A stretch of 64,000 nucleotides of DNA from Octopus bimaculoides. Taxonomy: Eukaryota. Below the pieces are notes generated by a model, which saw only the letters and a list, made by a program, of their open reading frames with translations, made no database searches and was not told the origin of the DNA. The stretch is taken from assembly GCF_001194135.2 (NCBI RefSeq), contig NC_069001.1:39295211-39359210 (forward strand). Direction: 5' to 3'. Below are positions 1-12,956 of this stretch, in pieces (the stretch's first letter is position 1; every line of letters begins with the position of its first letter). Position numbers and translations under genes: made by a program.

Positions 1-40
<40 letters not shown>
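1..40. repeat. (TA)n microsatellite
   Basis: Visible; many further (TA)n tracts occur, e.g. 615-658, 13746-13792, 18570-18620 and 36245-36290. Confidence 0.98.
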
Positions 41-41
<1 letters not shown>

Positions 42-612
42 TCACACACACATACATACAGAGAAGAGAGTGAGTGAGAGACAGGTACTAAAGATATAGT
101 TTGTCACTCTGAAAAATATAAAGAAATTAATGGATAGAAACGCTGATAGCCAGCCAGAGAGGAAGATGGACAGACATACAAACAGTTAGCTAGCTTGATA
201 GATCTTGATAAGTTTCGACTTATAATTTTAAATCATATGCTTTATCAGTAGTAATTAATTATTATATAATCTAAATGTATTATATAATTAAATTCTGGAA
301 AAAATAATTGAAATTGAGTGGTTTCCATGGAACACCAAACAAATTGAACATCGTTATATTTTCAGACTTTGTCGCTGAACAAGGCATGTAATAGATCAGA
401 CGTGTTTGTTGTTATAAATTATACAAAGTTTATATTCAATTACTCTCTCCCTCCCCCTCACTCTCTTCCTCTCTGTCTCATACAGACATACTCTAACATA
501 AATAAGTAGTTACTTTTCTGTCAAAGTAACAATTCAGTGTAACAAAGAGCATACATTTTGGTGTTCATGACAACATGGCCAGATGGTGCAAATGACGTCT
601 CTTCAGACAAGG

Positions 613-663
<51 letters not shown>

Positions 664-1224
664 ATCATAATAGACAACAGGTTTTCAAGTAGTGATGCAG
701 TACGACCGTTTCAGGCTACTCCATTTAATTGAACAATGCAATCATTACATCAATTCAAATGCAGTGCCTGCTTCAGCTCTTTGTAGAGACAGTTACGTAT
801 ATCCAACTGACTCCTCCTAATGTCTTTTTTCCTCCCTGGAGAATCGGGATACATATAATATTTATGACCATACCAAGCCATGAGCCGTCAACTCACTCTT
901 GTCCTTTATTCAAAACCGAGACAGTCATCTAGTCTGAGATTTAGTAGTTGATAAAGAGATAAATGAATTAGAAATGAATTACAATCCCTTACAACCCTAT
1001 AACCTCACTATGATCCATGCGTGTGTTTGTGTATTCACATATCGATGAGGGGTATCGAAACTTTACATAGAAACGTACAAACAAAATTCAAGATTTCCAT
1101 TTCATAATATCTTTAATGTTGTCTGCCGCTGTTTATACCAAATATTTCAACAGATGCCGTCTGTTTCTACACAGTTATTGTCAAATCACCATTCTTGAGA
1201 TACGCGTACACTCCCCCCACCCAG

Positions 1225-1255
<31 letters not shown>

Positions 1256-1967
1256 AACATATACACATCTATACATGCACACACACATACATACATCCAA
1301 TTTGTGGTTAAAATTTTAATGTGACATAAAACATTAAATATATTTACTTTGGAAAAGTAAAAGTAAAAAAAGAGGACAAATGCTTGGACGAGACGCAAGC
1401 TTCGTTTGTCTCATATATTGCCGACGGCCATATTAAAAGTAGTCGGTAAATATTTAACTAGTATAAATTAACACATCCATAAATATCACATTTATTTCTC
1501 AGATATGTCGTCAAGTCGTTCAGACCTGACCACACTACAGAGAAGTTATTTTACTCGTGTCCAACATAACGAGAATTTTTTCACACTTTCATACGACGTC
1601 TAGTGATTAAGTATTGAAAAACGATATACATAGATGCACATATAGAGCTGTAAAGATAAATTACACAAACATGTACATACACAAGTGAATGGACTAACGA
1701 AAGTAAGTGGTCTAAACACACATTTGGTAGGTGTTACATATATTATTTAATAAGTTAGACTCGGTTCCAGACGGATTTGTGTTTCGGAGGGCGAAACTAT
1801 TTCGTCGGGCATCTAGGGAAGAGTAAAAGAATTACACATTGAATTATTCTCTAAACCCCTTCACACTCTTCTATATATCAGACAAGATAAGTTCACTCTA
1901 CGAGCTTATATATATATCCATCCATATACACTCTTAATGTGTTAATATATATATATATATCTATCTA

Positions 1968-2005
<38 letters not shown>

Positions 2006-2019
2006 TTCAATTTTTTTTC

Positions 2020-2171
2020 TCCGTGTTTTTCTCCTTGTCTCCGTATTCTTTCTGTTGAAGAGCGTAGCTCGAAACGTCAAAGACTTTCCGTATTCCCGAG
2101 CGTCACACTAATATATACTTTTGTTATTTACACCACCTGTCCTCGTCTGTTGTTATTATTTGTATATTCTC

Positions 2172-2172
<1 letters not shown>
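2020..2172 (+). mobile_element. Penelope-like (PLE)-type interspersed repeat, copy 1, with minimal hammerhead-like motif
   Basis: tttCTGTTGAAGAGCGTAGCTCGAAACGTCAAAGActttc; clearly homologous to 34745-34900. The CTGNNGAA-stem-GAAACGTC pattern is typical of PLE termini. Confidence 0.6.
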
Positions 2173-2209
<37 letters not shown>

Positions 2210-2581
2210 TCTTAATGTGTTATATTCATATACATGTTTAATGTTATATATTTATATATATAATGACATGTGAATAATTTACAATGATTGATTTGAAACC
2301 GTTAACCACGTGGAGAGTGAATGCGGTGTCAATCAATTCTTGCTTTTCTCTGAAGCAAAAAGAAAAGGAATTGGAGATTCTTGTGGGGATTTGTTTCGTG
2401 GTTGGTTGCCATCTCATCACAAAAGGTGCCGCTTTTTCTTCAACTCTTAGAGACCCAGGTCAATTAAATCGCGAAATGCATGTGTAGTCTTTAAGGAAAT
2501 GATATCAACGGTCAACTACGTATTTATTCACANNNNNNNNNNAAAACGCACTCAACACATTTAGCAATAGTTACAAATATT

Positions 2582-2739
2582 ATTTAACAGTTTGATTCAG
2601 TTTCCGTGTTAATTCAAATTTTGTTGGCCCCGAACAGAGCCCGTCTCCTTCAGGCTTCTTGAATGACCGAATGATTCGGTTCCGTTAGGGGCCTGCGAAA
2701 TTTGAAGTAGCACGGAAACCGAATTCAATTGTTTTAAAT
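2582..2739. repeat. Imperfect inverted repeat, ~50-bp arms and ~56-nt spacer (MITE-like)
   Basis: tttccgtgttaattcaaattttgttggcccc (left arm) matches the reverse complement of the right arm, tttccgtgctacttcaaatttcgcaggcccc. Confidence 0.7.
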
Positions 2740-3640
2740 GATATATATATATATATATGTGTGCGTGTGTGTCTATGTGCATTAATGTTTGTTTTTTTGT
2801 GTTCATTTATAATAAAAACAATTTTACATTAATAAAATGTTATAGTTTGCTTGAAGCATTGTATCTGATAAGTAACGTTGAAAGAGATAAAAGGCTAAAC
2901 AATACAAAGAGACATCTTACAGTCCATTTTGCATTGTTTAGCCTTCTATCTCTTTCAACGTTACAATTCTACCGGTTACCCTATACTTTATTGTTGTTAA
3001 ACAAGAATATTACTGACAGTGAGTTTCAAGGTTCTGCCAGCGACGCCATACTGTATAGAGCATGTTNNNNNNNNNNNNNNNNNNNNNNNNNNNNNNNNNN
3101 NNNNNNNNNNNNNNNNNNNNNNNNNNNNNNNNNNNNNNNNNNNNNNNNNNNNNNNNNNNNNNNNNNNNNNNNNNNNNNNACTGCATGAATCTCGATAGTT
3201 GAAATATGTAGAGTGTTACAAAATTGGTGAACGTATTCAGTGCAGTGTTTTTTTTTTCGTTTTATGTTTTTGTTTGGAGGGAAAGTAGGGTCCATAATGG
3301 GTACCCATCGAGTAGTGGGGTCGATGTTATCGACTTACGCCCTCCTTAGAAATTGCTGGCGTTGTCAAAATTTGAAACAAGATGTGTTTGTTTGTGTGTG
3401 AAAGAGCGAGAGAGAGAGAGAGAGTTTGTACGTATATATATGTATGTGAATATATATATCCACACACAGTCATGTATGTTATACTTATGTTTGTATGTAT
3501 ATTCGCTGTGATCATATCTTTGTCTTTTCTCTGGTTTTCGATCAAGATTGATTAAACGTATCAATAAGTTTCATGTTGTAACCGAATTGTATCGGTTTGT
3601 TGGACGTGTTTGTGCATGTCGGCATCAGATTTCTCTGATT

Positions 3641-3776
<136 letters not shown>

Positions 3777-5049
3777 GTGTGTGTATGTATGTATCTAAAG
3801 ATGATTGTTAAAGGAAAATACAATTCGGAAATATTTGCATATAAATTTCAATTGTTCTTTTATTAATTTTTGTGTTTCTTTTATGAAATCAATCAAACAC
3901 CATTTGAAACCTGTATTGGTGACTTCCGTGTCTTTCATTAATTTTAACGGGGGAAATCGGGAAGAAGCAGGAGAGAAAACCAACAGCCTGGACCTGAATG
4001 CAAGTTCAAAGATAGAAAGCTGTTATTTCAAGAGAAATTATTCCAATAATTATTTCATAGCTAAAGTCGGCATCGCCTTCGAATCGTATTCTCCGGCGCT
4101 GCACGTGATTTCATGTGCTTAATCATTAAAATGTATTTGCTTTTTGTATAATTGTTTTTCATTGAAAGAAGTCAAGTATTTCTAAATGTGCTGTAAAAAT
4201 GTGCAAGGGTTAGGGTGGATTTTGAGTGATCTTGGTGCGAATCATTTGTGGGAGATACGAAATATATCAAAACATACCAACAACCTTAAAGAACTTGAAA
4301 GAAGTGTATGTGTGTGGGAGAGAGAGAGGGGGGAGGGGTTATAGGCTCCAACCCATAAAGATATATTCCAGGGAAGAGGAATTATAAAAGGAGAACAGAT
4401 ATTTTTCTATCGATTTTCAACAATAAATTGCTTTAGATTCTATTCTAGTTTTCTCTCTCTGTTATTTCGTTGTTATTTTTTTTTGTCTTTGTTGTGTTGC
4501 TTTGTTCTCTTAAGTGGCACACGTGCATAAAAGCAAACTACATACGATCGATATTTGTTGTGAGTTCTTGATCACTCAAAAATGATATTTTGCAAGCAGG
4601 CATTAAGATTTATTTCCCAACGGAAATTCCTTTCTGTTACTATTTCAGCCTATCCTATACCACCACCACCACCACCACCACCAATACACCACCCCTACCT
4701 TGCTCCCAAACCAAAATTATTAAAACCAGTCAATAGTATCAGCTTTTTTCCCAAAGACCTTAGAACACACCAAACAATCCCATACTCTCTAATTATTCCG
4801 ATATGGCAGGTTTCATACATGTACTAGAAACGGGGAACACTCGACTTCCGCCTCCAAAACATGATTCTTTGGAGAGAGAAAGCAACAAACATCAATTTGA
4901 AATAATGGATGTTTCTCGAAAATTTAACAAATGAACAAATGTAACACCAGTATTAGTTAGGATCAAAGAGATTCCCAAGAGACTGGAATATGTCTACGTC
5001 TGCAAGACTTGCATTATTTAGAAAAAGCAGCCAAAATTTCAGTGAACTT

Positions 5050-5100
5050 GTGGGAAGCGGAAAATCCAACGTTTTGGACAAGAGTCCTTCTTCAGGAAAA
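5050..5100 (-). mobile_element. PLE-type terminal motif with degenerate hammerhead-like core
   Basis: Minus strand reads CTGAAGA-A-GGAC-tctt-GTCC-AAAA-CGTT; the G of GAAA is replaced by A. Confidence 0.45.
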
Positions 5101-6565
5101 AGTTAAAGAAATTTAAGAGGGACAGCAGTTTTACATCCTATAATCAGAAAAACTGGCTGCAACTGCTAATGCATGCATGACTTTCATACACGAACAAGAA
5201 GTGATAGGAGAGAAAAACGGTGATGGTAGGAGGAAAGAAGGAGGGAGTCGGGGGGAGTGTTGGCAAAGAGAAGAGTGACGTAGAAAGGCAGCGTCTGTCA
5301 CATTTACTAGAGTATCCAAGATTCGTTAAAAGAAGAACAGAGGATACCTTATTTCCAAACCTTTGACCTAAACGCTTGCAATAGAATGGAAGACCCGGCG
5401 GAGAACGAAGTCTCGTCCGTGAACTTGTACATTGATTCCATCTGTAAAAGTATACCAACATCTCCTGAATGGAAGAAATGTACTCAGGCTAGAGTTGAAC
5501 CTGAAACAACGTGAGTGTGAAACGAACTTGACTTAATCGCGTAGGCAAGCCTGCGTTCATGTTGTTTCCATGGCACATAAAAGTCTACAATAGAAGACGA
5601 GTCGAAGAAATATCCTTGAAATGATAGAAGCAGCAACTAAATCTCACTGAAATCACATTCTAACTTATTTTAAAAGGACGCATTGACCCAGGTTTTCCTA
5701 GGAGTATAAAAAGCAGGCTGGGGATTCTTCCCCCGTATTAAATGAAAGGTTTTACTTTTAGGATATTTAGCTGCTATTTCTATCAAGGGAAATGATTGGT
5801 TGTTTCTGCTGCTATTAATAACCATCGTCTGTTTAATCCCAGGACGGAACTAACTGAGCAAATCTATGATAAAAGATGTTTACCAATTGAGCATCCCATC
5901 GTCTGGTAAAGTATATCAAGGACTACATTAGTCCAATGTACCCGTCCTTATCTACGAATATCGAAGTAGATAATTACGAGGAAATTCAGCTAGTTTTGAG
6001 AAGCTCTGCTTATTTAGTGTGGATTTGGCTGTCCAGGATTTTCGTTAAATATTTCAAAATGTGGCAGACTGTATCAATATATTCAAAAATATTACACAGG
6101 AAGTTACCATTATATTTCTATGGAATTATATTGTGTACAACAACTGAGCGATATTGGTGATATATGGATATTTCTATCTCTCCCTCCCTCCCTCTCTTTC
6201 TTTCTCTTTCTATATATGTGTGTGTGTGTGGGGGGGTATGTGCGATATCACTGATTCCGCCGTCTAATTGAATATTGGAATTATTCTGTTTACATTAAAT
6301 ATATATGTCTTAGCGTTAGAAATCGATCTGTAAAATGTCATACAGATGGGAAGTACTTTTAACTACACGTCATCTTTCTAATGTATGAAGATACTCCCTC
6401 TGCCCCCCCCCCACGTTCTCTCTCTCTCTCTCTCTCTCTTGTATATATATGTGTGTGTGTGTATATATATATATATATGTAAACATACATTCATATATAC
6501 ATATATGCCTACATATATATGTACACATGCATGCATAGGTACGTACATACATGTATATATGCCTC

Positions 6566-6598
<33 letters not shown>

Positions 6599-7389
6599 CT
6601 GTGTTTGTGTATTTACATATAATAACACTACGTTCTAATTTAATCTCTTCTTTATAAAAATTTTCCTATCAGACACTTGTTCGTTTGAAACAATAGTATT
6701 GCATTTTATATATATGTAGGGGGGGGGGTGCACGTGTATATTTTGGTGCGTGTATATGCGTCCATACACACATACATAGATGTATGCATGTATGTATACC
6801 TCTAACAAATCTTTAGATATATGACGGCTTCTTGCAGTAAATTTATCTAATCTCTACACAATAAAACAGACGTGTATTCGAGGTTAAATGTCTCAGTTTT
6901 CACTTATATTTCACAAAAATGAAATTTTCATATCAATGGAACATTTTTGTTTCTTGTTTCTGTTGAAATATTCTGAGAATCAAACATGACAAGGCTTACG
7001 CAAAATATTCCTAATTAGTCTCTAATGATTATTATTCTTTTTCTGGTTTTTGATGGCGATGAAATGGCTTTAACATTCCAGATAGATTTGTTGTTGAGGA
7101 ACTTCAAACTTAACGCTGTACTTTTGCATGGTTGAGATAATTGCCTTCCGACTTTTTGTAATATCTTTTCACGTATCGACATCAAAATAGACGCAAGTGG
7201 CCAAACTGGAGTTCAAGCAAAGTTGGATTGGTATCTTAAGTCTTGACAAGAATGTGGTTTAGAAGACAAATTAGTAATAGGCAAATCTGCATAGAATGAG
7301 GACGTCCATTTTAGTAGAAATTATGTGAAGAAAATAAAAAAAAAATGAAACTATTAAAAAAAGCTAAAATGCATGGGTAATAATCGTTT

Positions 7390-7765
7390 TCCCGTTAACA
7401 ATGTTTGACGTCCCAGTTAAAACAATATTTTGCACTTGTTGCCTGAATGGTAAGCCAAGGATCATTCTTAAATAATTTCCAATCTCTTTTATTTTTTTTA
7501 TCATTCCTAGTGCTCCTACAATCACTGGTATTGAAACCGCATTGAGATGCCATATTGTTTTTCAATTTCAATGACCAAATCTTTATATTTTTTCTGAGCT
7601 TGTCAAATTCTTTTTGCTGAGATATTACGATCACAGAAAATGTTCATGTCGATCAATGAACAAACTTTCTTCTATTGTTCTGGTCTTCAACAACTATAAC
7701 CGGTTTATTGACGTTGATGGTTTGCTCGGAATGTACTGGGAAGTACCAAACAAAGTGTTACATCT
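7390..7765 (-). mobile_element. R4/Dong-clade non-LTR retrotransposon 3' fragment (restriction-like endonuclease region), decayed
   Basis: Frameshifted minus-strand translation WYFPVHSEQTINVNKPVIVVEDQNN / CSLIDMNIFCDRNISAK / EFDKL..YKDLVIEIEK / IPVIVGALGMIKK..QVQNIVLTGTSNI matches the R4/Dong C-terminal pattern. Confidence 0.8.
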
Positions 7766-8038
7766 TCTCCCTCAGTTACAGACTCGGGGTATCGTTATTA
7801 TTATCGTCATCATTATTTGTCTGTAGTCTTACTTTTATCACCGAGCGCAGCTCCGTGTGCCTTGGGATATGCGCTGTGGTTTGTTGTGGTGCTCTTACTT
7901 TCACTGTATTGAAAGTGTTTTACGTACGATGTTCGCGGTGCCTAGTGGTGCTATCTTCTATGTGTTATATACATTCGTAAGTCCTGGTGTTTTGGTTATA
8001 TATTTATCTCAATGTTTTTTAATTATACCTATTATACC

Positions 8039-8071
<33 letters not shown>

Positions 8072-8149
8072 TGTTATTTACTTTTAATCTGCACGTTTGT
8101 TACAAACACTGGCCGAGACATACTCAGCGTTCTAGGACGAGTGAAGGAT

Positions 8150-8625
8150 ATTATTATTGAGTGAGCGAGAAGTGCAGACCATCAAAGTGATGATGGGTAA
8201 AATATACGAAGCCCAGTATACCCCTCATGACTCCCCTTCTGATAGAGGTACATCAGGCACATGCATCACAAACATATGTGCACGACATGGTGATGCCATA
8301 TCAAGATAAACAGCGCATGACCTCGCAGGTGGTGCCCAGTTAGAATTATCTTCAGGTCAAGTAGCCCATCGCGGTCAAAAGATCCCTGAATAAGATTTGT
8401 TTAATGATGTTGAACGAAACACCCATGTTTCTAGAGATGAATTATTCAAACCCCAAGGAATTCCTCTCAACACATGGTTATGTGTTGCTCCCCCACTACT
8501 TCTGCTCGTGATCAGAGATGCACATATCGTCAGCCATTAAGGGACATACTCAACTGGTTAAGGTCAAGCAACTGACATGCAAATCTGTGGTACTGAGCAG
8601 AGTATTTGCTGTAGCCCATCTTTTA
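8150..8625. mobile_element. Interspersed repeat resembling an abundant octopus family (possibly LINE-associated)
   Basis: Complex non-coding block of higher GC recognised from memory as a common octopus repeat. Class assignment is uncertain and was not searched. Confidence 0.45.
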
Positions 8626-8651
8626 TAATTATAATTATAATTATTATTAAC

Positions 8652-8835
8652 GATGTGAGCTGGCGGAATTGTCAGCATACCGAGCAAAATGCTCAAGTTG
8701 AAATTCTACCGAGGCCGACTTTGCCTGTCAGCCTTTCAAGATCGATATATTAAGTATCACTAAAACATTGGGGTCAATGTAATCGACCTACCCCGTCTCC
8801 AAAATATCAGGCCTTTTGCCTATAGTGGAAACGAT
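8652..8835 (+). mobile_element. tRNA-derived SINE, family A (octopus OK/OR-like), internally deleted
   Basis: gagctggcggaatt...aaattctaccgaggccgactttgcc...ggggtcaatgtaatcgac; homologous to 17795-17975 and 54971-55115; followed by (TAT)n(TAG)n. Confidence 0.75.
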
Positions 8836-8967
8836 TATTATTATTATTATTATTATTATTAGTAGTAGTAGTAGTACACTAACACAAGAATATATGCGTG
8901 GCGTGTGTTGTACATAACGTTGTAACGAAAAGGGTGGAGAAGAGAAGGAAGAAGTGAAGAAAAGCAG

Positions 8968-9015
<48 letters not shown>

Positions 9016-9295
9016 AAGTGCGAAGTGAACAAGCTAAGCGAAGTTTGATTTTATTTAAACATTTGACTAACAATGGCAACATGAACATGTTAAACAGAAC
9101 CAATAACCCAGAAGTGCGAATCTATAATTGTATGAACATGTATTAACGCTATTTGACAACGATGTCTTCAAATGAACTGACACAGCGTCTGTAAATACCT
9201 CCGCCACCACAAACACCATCACCGTCGCCACCACCGCCGTCATCATCGTCATCCTCAATGGCACCTATTGTTTGCTATAGAGTTACTTCGTTTTA

Positions 9296-9375
9296 AAACC
9301 TGTTCACTGGGTCATTGACATTCAAGGCAAGCATACCTGAATTATTTGGAAATTTCACTTGATTAGGCAAACACA
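9296..9375 (+). repeat. Unclassified interspersed repeat, copy 1 (pair with 12870-12956)
   Basis: aaaacctgttcactgggtcattgacattcaaggcaagcatacctgaatta...ttgattaggca aligns with aaaacctattcatacggtcattgatatttagggcgtgtatacctgaatt...ttgattaggca. Confidence 0.65.
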
Positions 9376-9723
9376 GGCAAATCAATAGAACGCCTCGGCT
9401 CACGCTTTTATTGTTCTGTTCGCCAACTATCAATCTCGATTGTAAGTATGGACGTTAATTTGAGATGGAGATCGGACCACTGCAACCAGAGGTAAAACCC
9501 ATTTAGTCGATATTACGTCACGATCTCTACATTTTCCAAACTGGAAACATCTTATTTCTATTCTTATACATTTCAATGTGTGAATGAGAATTAGCTCTCT
9601 AGTTTACGCTGAAAATAATGCATTCACACATACAAACATATACGTACATACGTACACACATATATATACATATACATGTGAGTGTGTGTTTGTATGTTTC
9701 TCTTAATATATACATATATGTAT

Positions 9724-9744
<21 letters not shown>

Positions 9745-9754
<10 letters not shown>

Positions 9755-10110
9755 TCCATCGATCAGGTTTATCCATGCAACCAAACATAAATATGAACAT
9801 ACATATACTTACAGAAACATGTATGAATACATTTACAAATGCAGAAATCAAAATGTGTATGTGTGTGCGTAGATATATACATGTCTTCATTTACGTATAC
9901 ATGCACATATATGTATTTGTATATATATATATATATGTATATATAATATATATATGTACACCCACACACAAACGTCCATCGATCCATCTATCCATTCAAC
10001 CAAATTTACATATGAACATACTTACACACATGAACGAATAATTCACAAATTAAAATGTGTATGTGGGGGTGGGGGAGTATTTGTTGTGTGTGTATTTGCG
10101 TAGATATATG
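9745..10110. repeat. Diverged tandem duplication, period about 220 bp
   Basis: cacacacaaacgtccatcgatc...tatccat.caaccaaa...aaaatgtgtatgtg...gcgtagatata occurs at about 9745 and 9963. Confidence 0.7.
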
Positions 10111-10184
10111 TATTCTCCAGCTATGTATACATGCACATAATATATATCTGCTTATATATATGTATGTATTTATGCCCCCTCCCC

Positions 10185-10215
<31 letters not shown>

Positions 10216-10559
10216 TCATATACACACACAGATAATAAATTCCTACACAGATACTCCAAATTTACAGCCGCCTATAAATCAATCGAACAGACTCACATCT
10301 CGCCTCCTCTAAAGCAACACTGCTACAGGCACAAATATATAATTACCTCAACAACAAAAAAAAAAAAAAGNNNNNNNNNNAACAAAAAAAAAAAAAGCTA
10401 CGAAAACAGACGCATACATGCAGAGGTACATTGATTCATCATCCCTTACCACTCCAACTCTCGTGAGTTTGAAACCGTGTTAATATTCATTCTAATTTCC
10501 GACCATTTCCATTGTGACGTGAACTTAAGATTTACTGGTGTACAGCCTTCTTTTTCATT

Positions 10560-10650
10560 TGTTCTCTTCACGTTTTCTTTTCACACGTCTTCTTTATCTG
10601 ATGAAGATCTAATGTCTGAAATGTTAAGCCATCCTTTATATGCCTCGCAA
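10560..10650 (+). mobile_element. PLE-type terminal region with hammerhead-like core
   Basis: CTGATGA-AGAt-ctaat-gTCT-GAAA-TGTT at 10598-10625. Confidence 0.35.
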
Positions 10651-10842
10651 CGTAAAAGTAATAACAGAATCTCCACTCATATATTATATTGGCTTACTCT
10701 TGTAGCTTATTCTCTCGCTATCTTTTGCCGAAGTACTAAGTTACGGAGAAGTAAACACCATTATCGGTTGTCAAGCGATGATGGGGGTACAGACACACAA
10801 ACACATACATACATTCATACACACACATATATATACGACGCG

Positions 10843-10998
10843 CTTCTTTCAGTTTCCGTCTACCAAATCCTCCTCCCACAAGGCTTTTTATCGCTAGGAA
10901 GCTATAGTAGAAGACATTTGCGCAAAATACGACGCTGTGGGAGTGAAACCGGGACCATTTGGTTGGGAAATAAGCTTCTTACCACACAGCCACGCCTA
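10843..10998 (-). mobile_element. tRNA-derived SINE, family B, 5' half
   Basis: Reverse complement reads ggcgtggctgtgtggtaagaagctt...ggtcccggtttcactccc...tcttctactatagc...tttggtagacggaaactgaaagaag; overlaps the family sequence at 20953-21010. Confidence 0.75.
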
Positions 10999-11602
10999 TA
11001 TATGTTCATGAATGCCCTGCGTTATACATTCATATATACATATATATATCTGTGTATATGTATAATGCAGGACATTCATGAACGTTGACAGACTTCTCTT
11101 CCAGGTCAAAATCTCTATTTAACTATGGGTGTATCAAATACAATTATCAATCACCTGCCATTCCAGCAATCTGACTGTGAATGTTAAATATTTTACCCGC
11201 ATCTCTTTATTCCCGATTATAATCGACGCGATCGACATATCTTTTGCTGGAAACATAGAACAACATAATATATTCCATGACAAACGGTGGAGGGGAGAAG
11301 CAAATACGTATTTATTTTTAAAGCAGATCCTTAACACCCACCTCTACCGATTCTTTAAACTGACGAAACGAACTCCTTCCGTGAACTTTCTTGCGGTTAC
11401 AAATTCCACATTGCGCCACATTTAAGCATTATCTATCGATTCATCGATTTCCTGTTGCTTTATCTAAAAGCAAGAAACATCTGTTTGTTTTTTTAATAAT
11501 AATTTCGGTAAAATTTACGTGAATAATTTCTGGATCGATTAGGCAAAGTGCACTGTGTTGGCTGGATTTCCGGTGAGTTTTATCCATAAAAGTGAACACT
11601 TC

Positions 11603-11638
11603 AAAGTTAATTCTTAAAGTTAATTCTTAAAGTTAATT
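11603..11638. repeat. 14-bp tandem repeat (aaagttaattctta) x ~2.6
   Basis: Directly visible. Confidence 0.85.
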
Positions 11639-11789
11639 TGGCTGTCCTGTGTTGTCTCATTTTCTTATTCGTTGCACTTGATATATATATATATATGTAA
11701 AGTGTGTGTGTGTGCATATATTTATATATTATTTATATTATTATATGATCGAACGCCACGCATCCTTTTCCAAGTAAGTTTTATCTATA

Positions 11790-11823
<34 letters not shown>

Positions 11824-12495
11824 GCATGCATGATTAAATTACCATTATTATCAATTCTGAAACACGTTCTATGCTATGATTAGTCACCTCAAGTGTTCAA
11901 AAAATTGTAAAGCATGGAATAAGTTTAATTCTCAAAAATGTCTACTCTTCACTTGTATACATATATAGTTTATCTTTTACAGGTTTTCTATAGAATTCAG
12001 AACCAGCGCTGAAAGTGACGATGGTTCGTATACAAATACTTGAATGTAGACAATTCGTATATGAAATGTCGTAGTTTCAGTGCTACTTCTGAATTCTTTA
12101 GAAAATCTGTAAAGATAAACTTTAAAATGAGAATATTGCAATGCTTATACAAAAAATAAGACACTGTATTGACTTGTAAACATTTAGTAACATCAGAAAT
12201 ATATTATGGTTGCAATACGATGACATGTCAACTTTTTAGAAGATATTTGGGCTGAAAACCAACTGTTTAAAGTGTGAGTTGTGATCTCAAGAAGGAGTAA
12301 ATCCTTTGTTATTGAGCCGCAGACCAAGGATAACTTTTTAACTCAGCTGGTGATTGTCATGTTTTACTTATGGCAAGACAGTTCGCTAGACAGGCAGATG
12401 GATAGATAGACAGGCATAGATGTATAGATAGACAAATATACCAATAGATATACAGATAGATAGGTAGATAGATAGAAACATATAATATATATATA

Positions 12496-12828
12496 NNNNN
12501 NNNNNNNNNNNNNNNNNNNNNNNNNNNNNNNNNNNNNNNNNNNNNNNNNNNNNNNNNNNNNNNNNNNNNNNNNNNNNNNNNNNNNNNNNNNNNNNNNNNN
12601 NNNNNNNNNNNNNNNNNNNNNNNNNNNNNNNNNNNNNNNNNNNNNNNNNNNNNNNNNNNNNNNNNNNNNNNNNNNNNNNNNNNNNNNNNNNNNNNNNNNN
12701 NNNNNNNNNNNNNNNNNNNNNNNNNNNNNNNNNNNNNNNNNNNNNNNNNNNNNNNNNNNNNNNNNNNNNNNNNNNNNNNNNNNNNNNNNNNNNNNNNNNN
12801 NNNNNNNNNNNNNNNNNNNNNNNNNNNN
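12496..12828. other. Assembly gap (N-run)
   Basis: Other gaps: 2533-2542, 3067-3179, 10371-10380, 20344-20474, 27077-~27668, 29794-30154, 38554-39153, 46077-46368, 47287-47358, 53990-53999. Most abut microsatellites. Confidence 0.99.
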
Positions 12829-12869
12829 GGCACTTGAAGTACTGTTTTGTCTACAATGTAGCTACTTGG

Positions 12870-12956
12870 AAAACCTATTCATACGGTCATTGATATTTAG
12901 GGCGTGTATACCTGAATTCTTTCGATATTTCATTTGATTAGGCACATACACTGCTG
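12870..12956 (+). repeat. Unclassified interspersed repeat, copy 2 (pair with 9296-9375)
   Basis: Alignment to 9296-9375. Confidence 0.65.

Noticed and set aside
10351-10397. Apparent direct repeat aacaaaaaaaaaaaaag on both sides of a 10-N gap
   Set aside because: Most likely overlapping contig ends joined by a placeholder gap, i.e. an assembly artefact.
11745-11785. Strong donor-like CCAA|GTAAGT
   Set aside because: There is no AG directly before the GT and no convincing upstream acceptor, so it is not a third RS module.
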